DNA of 64,000 nucleotides from assembly GCA_035334485.1 (NCBI GenBank), contig DAOQKI010000002.1:7511-71510 (forward strand), written 5' to 3'. The DNA comes from Opitutaceae bacterium. GTDB lineage: Bacteria > Verrucomicrobiota > Verrucomicrobiia > Opitutales > Opitutaceae. The notes under the pieces were generated by a model. That model ran no database searches. It had not been told where the DNA came from and saw nothing but the letters and a program-made list of their open reading frames with translations. Positions 45,912 to 56,242 of the stretch are shown here, in pieces; positions within the stretch are counted from its first letter, which is position 1, and each line of letters opens with the position of its first letter. Both the position numbers and the translations under genes were made by a program.

Positions 45912-46988
45912 CTACTGGGCCCAATCCATCGGGGCGGGCGGTACGAACGAGGAGTTCACCGCCACCGCGCCGCCGTTCTTCATGGAGTTGCCCACGGCCT
46001 CGAGGATCTCGACAACGTGCGCGGCCTGACTGCCGCTCGCGCGCTGGGGTCGGCCGGCCAGCATGGCCTGGGTCATGTCGTCGACCGCCCGCGCGAACTC
46101 GACGCCCTCGAAGGGTGACCGGATCAGCGGCACCGGCTCGTATTTTCCCCCGAAGGGAGCGAACTCGACCGAGGCATTGAAGCCCTGGAAACTGCCGAGG
46201 TAGACGCTACCGAGGTCGCCGTTGAACTCAATTCCCCCGCCCTGCTTGCCGCCGGCGACGTAGAAATTGGCCGACAGCCGGGCGGTGAGTCCGGCCTCAA
46301 ACTCCAGCATCGCGAGGACGTAATCGGGAGTCGTGATGGTGAACTTGCGCCCCTCCTTGGTGACCCGATGCGGGTACACGACCTTGCCGGTCGCGGTGAC
46401 CCGGCGCACCGGGCCGAACATGGTGGTGAGAAGCGTGAGGGGATAGACTCCGACGTCCCACTGGATGCCGACCTCGTAGAACGGCTCGGGATTGGGGTGC
46501 CAGGCCTCGATGCGGCCGTGGTTGATGTCGGCGTACACGAGGCGAACCGGGCCGGCCTTCCCGCTGCGGAGCAGCTTCCACGCGGTCTGCTGGGCCTCGC
46601 CCATGTAGGTGATGGGCGCGCTGCCGAGCCGCAGCCCGCGCGCGGCGGCCAGGTCGACCAGTTCCTTGGCGTCGGCGTAGCGCAGCGCGAGCGGCTTCTC
46701 GGTGTGCACGTGTTTGCCGGCGAGCAGGCACTGCTTCACGACCTCGTAGTGCGCGAAGTGGATCGTGAGGTTCACGACCAGCGCGATGCTCGGGTCGGCC
46801 AGCATCTGCGCCAGGCTGTCGTAGGCGCGGCCCCCGAACTTGGCAGCGAACGCCCGGGCGCGGGCGGGATCGAGGTCGGAGAAGCCGACCAGCTCGCACG
46901 TCGGGTAGGTCAGGATGCGCTCGGCATAGCGGTCGGCGATGTTGCCACACCCGACGATGGCAACGCGGATCTTCTGGGGAGAGGACAT
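45912..46988 (-). CDS. Gfo/Idh/MocA family NAD(P)-dependent oxidoreductase
   Basis: Track ORF is 45912..47519; ATG at 46988-46986 (MSSPQKIRVAIVGCGNIADRY), 358 aa. EKPLA motif in HTEKPLAL. Confidence 0.88.
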   Translation of the reverse strand: MSSPQKIRVAIVGCGNIADRYAERILTYPTCELVGFSDLDPARARAFAAKFGGRAYDSLAQMLADPSIALVVNLTIHFAHYEVVKQCLLAGKHVHTEKPLALRYADAKELVDLAAARGLRLGSAPITYMGEAQQTAWKLLRSGKAGPVRLVYADINHGRIEAWHPNPEPFYEVGIQWDVGVYPLTLLTTMFGPVRRVTATGKVVYPHRVTKEGRKFTITTPDYVLAMLEFEAGLTARLSANFYVAGGKQGGGIEFNGDLGSVYLGSFQGFNASVEFAPFGGKYEPVPLIRSPFEGVEFARAVDDMTQAMLAGRPQRASGSQAAHVVEILEAVGNSMKNGGAVAVNSSFVPPAPMDWAQ

Positions 46989-47061
46989 GGGGAACGGAAG
47001 TCCACCAATCACACCCGGCGCCCGGAGCCAAACCAAACCGCTCGGCCCGACGGGGTGGAGG

Positions 47062-47232
47062 ATTGCCACCAAGGACACGAAGCACACGAAGGTGGCGCTC
47101 TGCTGCTTCGCGGTCGTGGCGGCCTTGGCGGTCAATCCCCATCGACTCCGATCCGCTTCACCGCCAAGCACGCGGAGAGCGCGAAGCCAGCCAAGGTCTG
47201 GGCTTCGTGTGCTTCGTGCCCTTCGTGGCAAA
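47062..47232. repeat. CACGAAG/CTTGGCGG nested-hairpin element, copy A4 (full length)
   Basis: Outer arms are ATTGCCACCAAGGACACGAAGCACACGAAGG / GGGCTTCGTGTGCTTCGTGCCCTTCGTGGCAA. Inner arms are CTGCTTCGCGGTCGTGGCGGCCTTGGCGGTCAAT / CTTCACCGCCAAGCACGCGGAGAGCGCGAAG. It lies in the divergent gap between the Gfo/Idh/MocA and fatty-acid-hydroxylase genes. Confidence 0.9.
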
Positions 47233-47286
47233 CCCCCGTGGTCGTGGGCTTGCCAATGAAGGCGAACGGGCCAAGCTCGGCGGCCG

Positions 47287-48294
47287 ATGTCCGCCGAGTC
47301 ACCCCGCTCCGCCGCGATTTCCGACGCCGTTGGCACACGCAACGCCAAGGGCGAGTGGCGGCCGCCGTATCCCGTGCGGTATGCGCCGCTCTTCGCCTGG
47401 CCGCTGCGGCTGGTGGCGCTGGCGAAATGGACGTTTGGATTTCCCGGCTTCCTCTGGCCGCTGAACACGCTGCTGCTCCTGATCTCGGCGGTGTCGTGGT
47501 ACGCCACGCAACCGGACATTGCACGATGCGCACAGTTCGAGGTCGGCTGGATCGCGCAGGTCTATGTGCGAAACCTCGCGATGATGTGGCTCTTCTACGG
47601 GAGCTACTACTGGTACCTCTACATCCACAAGGGCGAGGGCACGAAGGGGAAGTACGACCCGAACTGGCCCGCGCGAAACAGCCGGCTCTTCCTGTTCCGG
47701 GACCAGGTTTACGACAACGTTTTCTGGACCAGCGGCGTGGCGCTGCTCGTGTGGACGGGCTACGAGGTCCTGACGCTCTGGCTGTACGCGAACCACCGCA
47801 TCCCGTGGCTCGAGTGGTCGCAGCATCCGGTCTGGTTCGTCGCGTGGTTCTTCGTGATCCCGCTGTGGCGCGAGTTCCACTTCTACTGGGTGCACCGGCT
47901 GATCCACTGGAAGCCGCTCTACAAGCACGTGCACTCGCTGCACCACAAGAACATCAACCCGAACCCGTGGTCGGGCATGGCGATGCACCCGGTGGAGACG
48001 ATTCTCTACCTCAGCGTCGTGCTGATCCACTGGGTGGTGCCGTCGCATCCGTTCCATTTCCTGTTCGACCTCCAGCACGCGGCGCTCGGGCCGGCGAGCG
48101 GCCACCACGGATTCGAGGGACCGATCGTGAACGGGAAATTCCCGACCGGGTCCTATTTCCACTATCTCCACCACCGTTACTTCGAGTGCAATTACGGCGA
48201 GACCACGGTCCCGCTGGACCGCTGGTTCGGCACGTTCCGCGACGGACTCCCGGAAGGCGAAGGCGCGAAGCTGGCAGAGGAGCACGAGTACTAG
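47287..48294 (+). CDS. fatty acid hydroxylase superfamily membrane di-iron enzyme (sterol desaturase-like)
   Basis: 335 aa. Histidine boxes HRLIH, HSLHH, HYLHH and about 4 TM segments. Confidence 0.85.
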   Translation: MSAESPRSAAISDAVGTRNAKGEWRPPYPVRYAPLFAWPLRLVALAKWTFGFPGFLWPLNTLLLLISAVSWYATQPDIARCAQFEVGWIAQVYVRNLAMMWLFYGSYYWYLYIHKGEGTKGKYDPNWPARNSRLFLFRDQVYDNVFWTSGVALLVWTGYEVLTLWLYANHRIPWLEWSQHPVWFVAWFFVIPLWREFHFYWVHRLIHWKPLYKHVHSLHHKNINPNPWSGMAMHPVETILYLSVVLIHWVVPSHPFHFLFDLQHAALGPASGHHGFEGPIVNGKFPTGSYFHYLHHRYFECNYGETTVPLDRWFGTFRDGLPEGEGAKLAEEHEY

Positions 48295-48481
48295 GGCTGG
48301 GAGCACAGGAGGCACCGGCGGGAACGGAGTCGTCGTTTCCCGGCACCGGCCTCCGCTCCCTCCGTTGCCTCCTGTGCAATGCCTGGGTTCGGGATCGCCC
48401 GCTCCACCCGGTCCGACGAGGAATTGGCTTTGGTTCACCGGGCGCGAGCGCTACGCTCCGGGGCCAAGCACCGGAGTTGTC

Positions 48482-49726
48482 ATGCCTCCCCCCAACCAAG
48501 CCACCGGCAACAAACCCAACGACCTCAAGCGGTCAGATTTCCCCTGCAATCCCAACTGGAAGGACGACTCGGCGGGCCGCCATCACATCTTCCTGTTCGA
48601 CGGCACGTGGAACGACGACACCGGGATGAATCCCGCGGACTTCCGCTGGGATGCGGCCCGGCACCTGTGGGTCAGCCAGAGCGACCCGACGCAGGCGTTT
48701 CCGCCGGTCGTCACGAACCTGGTGAAGACGTACACGGCCCTCGGGCCGGACAGCGACCGGCAGGTCACGCACTATTTCCGGGGCATCGGCAACGACGACG
48801 AGAATGACGCGCTGAACCAGCGCACGGAAGGAGCCCTGGCGACGATGGAGCAGCACATCCGCAACGCCGCCTACTGCGAGTTCCTGCGGACCTACCGCCG
48901 GGGCGACCAGATCTCGATCCTCGGGTTCAGCCGCGGCGCGGCGAGCGCGCGCCTGTTCGCCCGGGATCTCGCGACGATCGGATTCCTGAAGGAGGTCACG
49001 ATTGAAAGCCGGTATTGCCGCGTGCGGAACAGCGGCGAGATCCGTCACGACGTGTGGACGCTCGAGACCAAGTGGGCCGGCCGGCCATTGGTGGCCGGCA
49101 AGGACCTGCCCATCGCCTTCCTCGGCGTGTGGGACACGGTGGCCACCAGCATCGCGGCCAAGCCGAGCGACTGGCGGGTGCCCGACACCGTGGCGCGGGC
49201 GGTGCATTGCCTGGCGCTGGACGAGACCCGGAAGCTCTTTGCCCCCACCCTGCTCCAGTACCCGAAGAGTCGCGCGACGGAGATGAAGGAAGTCTGGTTT
49301 CCCGGCGCGCACAGCGACGTCGGGGGCGGATACTACAACGACGCCCTGTCGCGCGTGACCCTGAACTTCATGTGGAACAACTGGGAGACCGCGCTGGCGG
49401 CCGAGGGCCTGCCCGCGCTGACCTGGCGCCTGGACTTGGCGGGACAATACACCGCGACGGACGGGCTGCCCTGGATGCGGCACCAGGAAACGGGCCTGAC
49501 CGCCGACCTGGGCGGAGTTGAACCGCGGGACCTTGAACCGTTGAACGGCGGCCTGCCCCGGGTGCATCCGAGCGTCGAGCGGTTCGTCCAGCAGGGCGGA
49601 CTCCAGTACTGCGTCGAGGGGAAGGATTTTCCGCCCTCGTGCCAGGTCTCGCCGCAGGTCTACAGCCCGCTCGCCTATCCCGGGCCCGACCTCGTGGTGC
49701 TGTACGAGTCGACGGCGTGGGCGTAA
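48482..49726 (+). CDS. DUF2235 alpha/beta-hydrolase (Tle1-type phospholipase-like fold)
   Basis: ATG at 48482, 414 aa. HHIFLFDGTWND, YFRGIGN, GFSRGAASAR (G-x-S-x-G nucleophile elbow), GVWDTVA, HSDVGGGY. Confidence 0.8.
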   Translation: MPPPNQATGNKPNDLKRSDFPCNPNWKDDSAGRHHIFLFDGTWNDDTGMNPADFRWDAARHLWVSQSDPTQAFPPVVTNLVKTYTALGPDSDRQVTHYFRGIGNDDENDALNQRTEGALATMEQHIRNAAYCEFLRTYRRGDQISILGFSRGAASARLFARDLATIGFLKEVTIESRYCRVRNSGEIRHDVWTLETKWAGRPLVAGKDLPIAFLGVWDTVATSIAAKPSDWRVPDTVARAVHCLALDETRKLFAPTLLQYPKSRATEMKEVWFPGAHSDVGGGYYNDALSRVTLNFMWNNWETALAAEGLPALTWRLDLAGQYTATDGLPWMRHQETGLTADLGGVEPRDLEPLNGGLPRVHPSVERFVQQGGLQYCVEGKDFPPSCQVSPQVYSPLAYPGPDLVVLYESTAWA

Positions 49727-49807
49727 GGACGGGCCGCGGCGGCGCGGTTTTACTCGGTTGCTTTCCGGCGGGACTTCGTTGACCTACCGGCGACCCCGCT
49801 ACCCCAC

Positions 49808-50647
49808 ATGAGCTCCTTCCGCCTGACCAAGGAACAGCTGACGTTATTCCACACGTTTGGCTACCTGCACTTTCCCGGCCTCCTCAATGACCGGATTGCG
49901 CGCATCATCGAGGAGTTCGAGCGCATCTGGGTCACCGAAGGCGGTGGCCACCACGGCGGCTCGCACGACGGCAAGCGGCGCTCGTGCATCGTGCCCTACA
50001 TCGACCGCAACGAGTACCTTTGCACGATGCTGGACGACCCGCGGCTGGCGGGGATCGCGTCGAGCATCCTGGGCGACGACTTCAATTACATGGGGTCGGA
50101 CGGCAACCTCTACGCCGGCGACACGGGCTGGCACTCCGACGGTTGGCACCGCGAGGTCATCCACATCAAGATGGCCTTTTACCTCGACCCGGTGGCGCGC
50201 GACACGGGATGCCTGCGGGTGATTCCAGGGAGTCACAAAATCGGCGACCACTTCGCGGACTCGCTGCAGCGGGAGATTTACCTGTCCGACAAGACCTGGG
50301 CGACTGCCGGGCGCGACGTGCCCTGCGTGCCGCTCGAGTCGAAGCCGGGTGACGTGGTGGTCTTCAATCACAACCTCAAGCATTCGGCGTTCGGCGGCAG
50401 CGCGCGGCGGCGGATGTTCACGATGAACTGCTGCCAGCGCTACCCCGAGCACCTGCTGCCGGAACTGCGGGAATACCTCTCCGGGGCGGCCCGCTTCTGG
50501 GTCGAGCGCGCCTATGGCGACACGATGATCCGCACGGCGACGCCGGAGCGGAAGGTTCACCTCGAGCAATGCCTGGCGAACGACGGGCACCTAAAGGCGC
50601 TGTCGGAGGAAGCCCGGCGCAAGATGACCGAGCCGTCGCGCGGCTGA
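49808..50647 (+). CDS. PhyH family Fe(II)/2-oxoglutarate oxygenase, copy 4
   Basis: 279 aa. LTKEQLTLFHTFGYLHFPGLL, TGWHSDGW, NLKHSAFGG. Confidence 0.82.
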   Translation: MSSFRLTKEQLTLFHTFGYLHFPGLLNDRIARIIEEFERIWVTEGGGHHGGSHDGKRRSCIVPYIDRNEYLCTMLDDPRLAGIASSILGDDFNYMGSDGNLYAGDTGWHSDGWHREVIHIKMAFYLDPVARDTGCLRVIPGSHKIGDHFADSLQREIYLSDKTWATAGRDVPCVPLESKPGDVVVFNHNLKHSAFGGSARRRMFTMNCCQRYPEHLLPELREYLSGAARFWVERAYGDTMIRTATPERKVHLEQCLANDGHLKALSEEARRKMTEPSRG

Positions 50648-50652
50648 CGCGG

Positions 50653-51081
50653 CTAATTACCCAGCTCGAAGACGATGGGCACCTGCACGCGGCAGGGCAC
50701 CTTGGTCCCACCGAGCAGGCCCGGCTTGAAACGCCACTTGAGCACGCCGTCAGACGCGGCCTTGGCGAACCGAACTTCCGTCGCCTTCAGCACGACCGGA
50801 TCCTTCACGTGGCCGTCGGCCTCGACGGTGATGAGCAGCAGGACCTCGCCCTCGATCCGTTTCCGTTTCAGCTCGCCCGGATAATTGGGGCGCGGCTGGG
50901 AACGCGGCTTGGGCGGAACATCGACCTGGCTGGACTCGTAGACGCCGGCCGGCAGCGGCGGCGGGTCGTTTCTTACTGACCGAAGATCCTCGTCCTGCGC
51001 CTGAACCGGGAGAGAGAGCAGGAGCAACGACGCCAAGGCTGCGGGGAAGCGAATACGACTCAAGGTCATGGGGAGTGACAT
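50653..51081 (-). CDS. TonB C-terminal domain protein (energy transducer TonB-like)
   Basis: ATG at 51081-51079 (MSLPMTLSRIRFPAALASLLLL...); an alternative ATG lies at 51069. Pro-rich linker, then the P..YP..L....IEG.V.L...V...G.V TonB_C pattern. Confidence 0.75.
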   Translation of the reverse strand: MSLPMTLSRIRFPAALASLLLLSLPVQAQDEDLRSVRNDPPPLPAGVYESSQVDVPPKPRSQPRPNYPGELKRKRIEGEVLLLITVEADGHVKDPVVLKATEVRFAKAASDGVLKWRFKPGLLGGTKVPCRVQVPIVFELGN

Positions 51082-51265
51082 ACGAGTTAGCTTTTCATGC
51101 CGCTGAGCAGGCGATGTGCCAGCCGTGCAGGTGGGGTAGACACTGGCTAACCCGGACCGCGCACAAATCAAGCCTCCGTCGCAGGCCCGGTTGGGCGCGC
51201 CCAGACCGATGGCAGGCTTACCTCTGGCGCGGGGCGGCGGCTGAACACCGCCCCGGCGCGCTGGG

Positions 51266-54200
51266 TCACTGGCAGGCTTCGCACTCGCCGCCGTTGCGCA
51301 TCGCCTCGATCGAACAGGCGATCTTCTCGGACTCGGAGTAGACGCGCTTCCCACCCTCCTGGACACTCACCGGCTTGCCGGCGTCGGCCAGGTTCATCGG
51401 CGGGGCGGTGATGCCGGGATCGGCCTGGGCGGCCGCGTCCTGGGCTTCCTTGACGGCGCCGCGGACCTCCTTCTTCACGGCAACCGTGGCCTTCTCGATG
51501 TTCGAGGCGCCGAGGCTGCGGAGGTAATAGGTGGTCTTGAGGCCGACATGCCACGCCGCTCGGTACATGTGGCTGAGCGTCTTAAGGTCAGGGGTCTTGA
51601 TCCAGAGATTCACCGACTGGGACTGGTCGATCCACTTCTGGCGGCGGGCCGCCGCGTCGATGATCCACTTGAAGTCGATGTCGAAGGCCGTGAGGTACTT
51701 CGCCTTGAGGTCGGCCGGGACATTCGGGATGTCCTTCAGCTCGCCGTCGAAATACTTCAGGTTGTCGATCATCTCCTGGTTCCACAGTCCGCGGGCCTTG
51801 AGGTCCTTCACGAGGAACGGATTCAGGACGATGAACTCGCCGGAGAGGTTCGATTTGACGAACAGGTTCTTGTACGTCGGCTCGATGCAGGGCGACGTGG
51901 CCGTGATGTTCGAAATCGTGGCGGTCGGGGCGATGGCGAGGACGTTGCTGTTGCGCATGCCCTGCTTGGCGATCTTCTGGCGGACCGGAGTCCAGTCCAG
52001 CTTGCCGCCGCGGGGCACCTCGACGGCGACGCCGCGCTCCTGCTCGAGGAGGTCGATCGTGTCCTGCGGGAGCAGGCCGCGCTCCCACTTCGAGCCCTGG
52101 TAGGTCGAGTACGGGCCGCGCTCGGCGGCGAGATCGGAGGACGCCTCGTAGGCGTAGTAGGCGATGGCCTCCATGGCCTCGTCATTGAACTCAACGGCCT
52201 CGGGTGAGGCGAAGGCATGGCCGCGGAGATAAAGCGCGTGGGCCAGGCCCATGACGCCAAGGCCGATCGGACGGTGGCGGAGATTGGACGTCTTGGCCGC
52301 GGTCGTCGGGTAGAAGTTGATGTCGATGACGTTGTCCAGCGCCCGGACGGCCATGCGGACGGTGGCGCGGAGCTTGTCGTGGTCGATGGAGCCGTCGGGC
52401 TTGAGGTGGTTCTCGATGATGACCGAGCCGAGATTGCAGACGGCGGTCTCGTCGTTGGACGTGTTGAGCGTGATCTCGGTGCAGAGATTCGACGAGTGGA
52501 TGACGCCGACGTGGTCCTGCGGGGAGCGGACGTTGCAGGCGTCCTTGAACGTGATCCAGGGATGCCCGGTCTCGAAGAGCATCGAGAGCATCTTCTTCCA
52601 GAGCTCGAGGGCGTCGATGCGCTGGCCGTGGATCTTGCCCTCCTCGGCGAGCTTCTCGTAGCGGAGGTAGGCCTCCTCGAACTTCTTGCCGTAAAGGTCG
52701 TGGAGATCCTTGGTCTGGTTGGAGCGGAAGAGGGTCCAGTGCTGGCGGGCCTCCATGCGCTTCATGAACAGGTCGGGAATCCAGTTCGCCGTGTTCATGT
52801 CGTGCGTGCGACGGCGGTCGTCGCCGGTGTTCTTCCGCAGCTCGAGGAACTCGGTGATGTCGTTGTGCCAGGTCTCGAGGTAGGCGCAGCCGGAGCCCTT
52901 GCGCTTGCCGCCCTGGTTGACGGCCACGAGCTGGTCGTTGTGCAGCTTGAGGAACGGGATGACGCCCTGGGATTCGCCGTTGGTGCCGCCGATGTAGGCG
53001 CCGGTGCCGCGGACCGCGGTCCACGAGCCGCCGAGGCCGCCCGCCCACTTCGACAGGAAGGCGTTTTCCGCGATGCCGCGGAGCATGATGCCCTCGATCG
53101 AGTCGTCGACGTAGTAGAGGTAGCAGGAGCTCAACTGCGAGTGGAGCGTGCCGGAATTGAACAGCGTCGGCGTGCTCGAGCAGAACCGCCGGCTCTTGTA
53201 GAGGTCGTAGAGGGCGGTGACGAGTTCCTCGCGGCTCTGCTTCTCGTCGAGGAACAGGCCCATCGCCACGCGCATCCAGAAGAACTGGGGCGTCTCGATG
53301 CGGCGCGACGGCTTCGAGGTCTTGTCGACGATGAGGTACCGGTCGTAAAGGGTCTGGATGCCGAGGAAGTCGAACTCCAGGTCGGCCGACGGATCGAGGA
53401 CCGAGGCGAGCTTCGCGAGATCGTACTCCAGGAGGCGGGGATTGAGGCGCTTGATGGCGATGCCGTGCTCGAGGTACTTGCGGAAGGCGCGCTGGTGGGC
53501 GGCCTTGAGGGCACCGATGCCGTCGCGGGTGATGTCCCAGCCGAGGATTTCCTCGTAGATGTAGGTCAGCTGGATGCGGCCGGCGAACTTGGCAAAGTCA
53601 GCATCCCTCTCGATGAGGGTCTTCGAGTTGAGGATGATCGTGGAATCGAGATCCTTCTGGGAAATCTGGTCGTAGACCGAACGGCGGAGCTCGGCCTCGA
53701 TCTCGTCGGCGGAGAGGCACAGGTCGAGGCCGATCTGGGCGAACTCGATGCGCTTGCGGAGGTCGGCGCCGTCCCAGAAGACGTTCTCGCCGTTAGCCTT
53801 CTTGACGACGATCATCGCCGACTGCGCCGGTGCCTCGGCCGCGGGCGCATTGAACGGCGCCTCGCTGGCGGTCTCGAGCCCGGCTTCGCGGGCGGCGCTG
53901 CGCTGGGCGCGGAAAAGGATGTACGCCTCGGCCACCTTGTAGTGGCCGGACTTCATCAGTTCCTCCTGCACCATGTCCTGGATCTCCTCGATATGGACGA
54001 AGGACTGCTTGGAGGAGTGAACGCGCTCGGTGACTGCTTTGGTGATGGCGACGGCAGGGGCAGAATCGCGCTGGAGGGAGAGGAACGTCTTGCGGACGGC
54101 GATCTCCACCTTCTGGTCGCTCCACGGGACCACCTGGTTGTTGCGGCGGATGACGCGGAGGGAGGACTGGGCGGCGGCCTCGCGATCAACGGAGATCTTG

Positions 54201-54622
54201 CGGGCGCGATTGAGCAGGAGGCTCTTCGCCACGAAGTAGGCGTTGTTGTCGACCAGCGTCTTCTCAATCAGCTCATAAAGACTGTTGAGCGAGAGCCGGA
54301 GCGGCGACTGCGTGCGGGCAAGCTCGTTGAGATTGCCGGCGACCTCGCGGCAGATGCGGGCGAGCCACGCGCGGTTCGTGTCGTTGAAGATGTCCTTTTC
54401 GCCGCGGGCGAGGCAAACGTTGGTCAGCGCCTTGCCGAGCGTGTCGGCAACCTCGGCGAGCACAAAACGCTCTTCACCGTGCGGGCACAGCAGCACAATG
54501 TTCGGCACCTCAATGCTTTCAGAAACAACAACGTCACGCCAAGCGTAGTGGGGCTTTTGATCGATCGGGGTGTGGACAGTGCGCTTGAGAGCCAGATCGT
54601 GCGCCAGGGAAGGGTTGCTCAT
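51266..54622 (-). CDS. nrdA: ribonucleoside-diphosphate reductase large subunit (class I, chlamydial-type long N-terminus with multiple ATP-cone-like segments)
   Basis: 1118 aa. Catalytic blocks SSCYLY, NQGGKRKGSGCAYLE, SNLCTEI, LLAIAPTATIS, and a C-terminal Cys pair (CEAC). About 330 aa of N-terminal ATP-cone-like repeats (e.g. LRVIRRNNQVVPWSDQKV). Confidence 0.95.
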   Translation of the reverse strand: MSNPSLAHDLALKRTVHTPIDQKPHYAWRDVVVSESIEVPNIVLLCPHGEERFVLAEVADTLGKALTNVCLARGEKDIFNDTNRAWLARICREVAGNLNELARTQSPLRLSLNSLYELIEKTLVDNNAYFVAKSLLLNRARKISVDREAAAQSSLRVIRRNNQVVPWSDQKVEIAVRKTFLSLQRDSAPAVAITKAVTERVHSSKQSFVHIEEIQDMVQEELMKSGHYKVAEAYILFRAQRSAAREAGLETASEAPFNAPAAEAPAQSAMIVVKKANGENVFWDGADLRKRIEFAQIGLDLCLSADEIEAELRRSVYDQISQKDLDSTIILNSKTLIERDADFAKFAGRIQLTYIYEEILGWDITRDGIGALKAAHQRAFRKYLEHGIAIKRLNPRLLEYDLAKLASVLDPSADLEFDFLGIQTLYDRYLIVDKTSKPSRRIETPQFFWMRVAMGLFLDEKQSREELVTALYDLYKSRRFCSSTPTLFNSGTLHSQLSSCYLYYVDDSIEGIMLRGIAENAFLSKWAGGLGGSWTAVRGTGAYIGGTNGESQGVIPFLKLHNDQLVAVNQGGKRKGSGCAYLETWHNDITEFLELRKNTGDDRRRTHDMNTANWIPDLFMKRMEARQHWTLFRSNQTKDLHDLYGKKFEEAYLRYEKLAEEGKIHGQRIDALELWKKMLSMLFETGHPWITFKDACNVRSPQDHVGVIHSSNLCTEITLNTSNDETAVCNLGSVIIENHLKPDGSIDHDKLRATVRMAVRALDNVIDINFYPTTAAKTSNLRHRPIGLGVMGLAHALYLRGHAFASPEAVEFNDEAMEAIAYYAYEASSDLAAERGPYSTYQGSKWERGLLPQDTIDLLEQERGVAVEVPRGGKLDWTPVRQKIAKQGMRNSNVLAIAPTATISNITATSPCIEPTYKNLFVKSNLSGEFIVLNPFLVKDLKARGLWNQEMIDNLKYFDGELKDIPNVPADLKAKYLTAFDIDFKWIIDAAARRQKWIDQSQSVNLWIKTPDLKTLSHMYRAAWHVGLKTTYYLRSLGASNIEKATVAVKKEVRGAVKEAQDAAAQADPGITAPPMNLADAGKPVSVQEGGKRVYSESEKIACSIEAMRNGGECEACQ

Positions 54623-54783
54623 GGAAAAACGTAACGGGTTTGAGACAAAAGGGTAAGAGTTAGAAACGGAAAGATGACGGAGCCGGAGCGTAGCCGCAAA
54701 AGCGGCGGCAGCGCCGGCTGAAAAGCAAAGATGAAGCTAGCGGGACGGGTGGACGGTAGGCCGACGCGACAGGCGAATACTGC

Positions 54784-55869
<1,086 letters not shown>

Positions 55870-55965
55870 GGAACTGAACGGGCAATCGGGCGGTTTTTCG
55901 GGTGTTTTCGCCGCCAAATGGCGGAAGTCGAATGAGAGTTGCTGGAAGTTACTGACGCATTGTTA

Positions 55966-56013
55966 ACCACTACAGGATGTGGTCACACGACGCTTCGACC
56001 ACAACCTATTGGT
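55966..56013. promoter_or_regulatory. candidate tandem NrdR boxes upstream of nrdB-nrdA
   Basis: Two imperfect palindromes, ACCACTACAGGATGTGGT (55966-55983) and ACCACAACCTATTGGT (55998-56013), with centres 31 bp apart, 97-144 bp upstream of the nrdB ATG. They resemble the remembered NrdR-box consensus acaCwAtATaTwGtgt and its usual tandem spacing. Confidence 0.4.
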
Positions 56014-56242
56014 CTCGGGTTTTCGCTCGTCAATAGGTTTATCGGGAAAAACTCATGAATTTTTCCGCGATTTTGGGCTTGCGGAGATTTCTCCCGTTTC
56101 CTCCCGAGGGAAAAACTTCCCCAAACGCGTCCAAAATCGTTTTTCTCCTCTGAGAAACGCTCGTCGCCACCAGTCGGCAACGCCATCGCACGCTCCAACC
56201 CTGGCCTGATTTCTTCTCTGGTATCGGACGCTGTGATACAGG

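Noticed and set aside
48482-49726. DUF2235 protein as a type VI secretion Tle1 effector / toxin-immunity locus
   Set aside because: There are no Hcp, VgrG, PAAR, TssA-M or immunity-like lipoprotein genes in the window. The flanking genes are lipid-oxidation enzymes, so a T6SS role is unsupported here.
52217-54634. 805-aa plus-strand ORF antisense to nrdA (and the 190/219-aa ORFs at 51531-52207)
   Set aside because: Shadow ORFs. Their composition is dominated by A/G/V/D/E/L/R with no recognisable domains, and nrdA on the minus strand has all the catalytic blocks.
54623-54783. The nrdB-nrdA spacer, examined for a second NrdR box or an attenuator
   Set aside because: It holds only a weak GC-rich imperfect pairing (GCCGGAGCG ... 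CGCCGGC, about 54680-54718) and no palindrome resembling an NrdR box. That is insufficient to call a feature.
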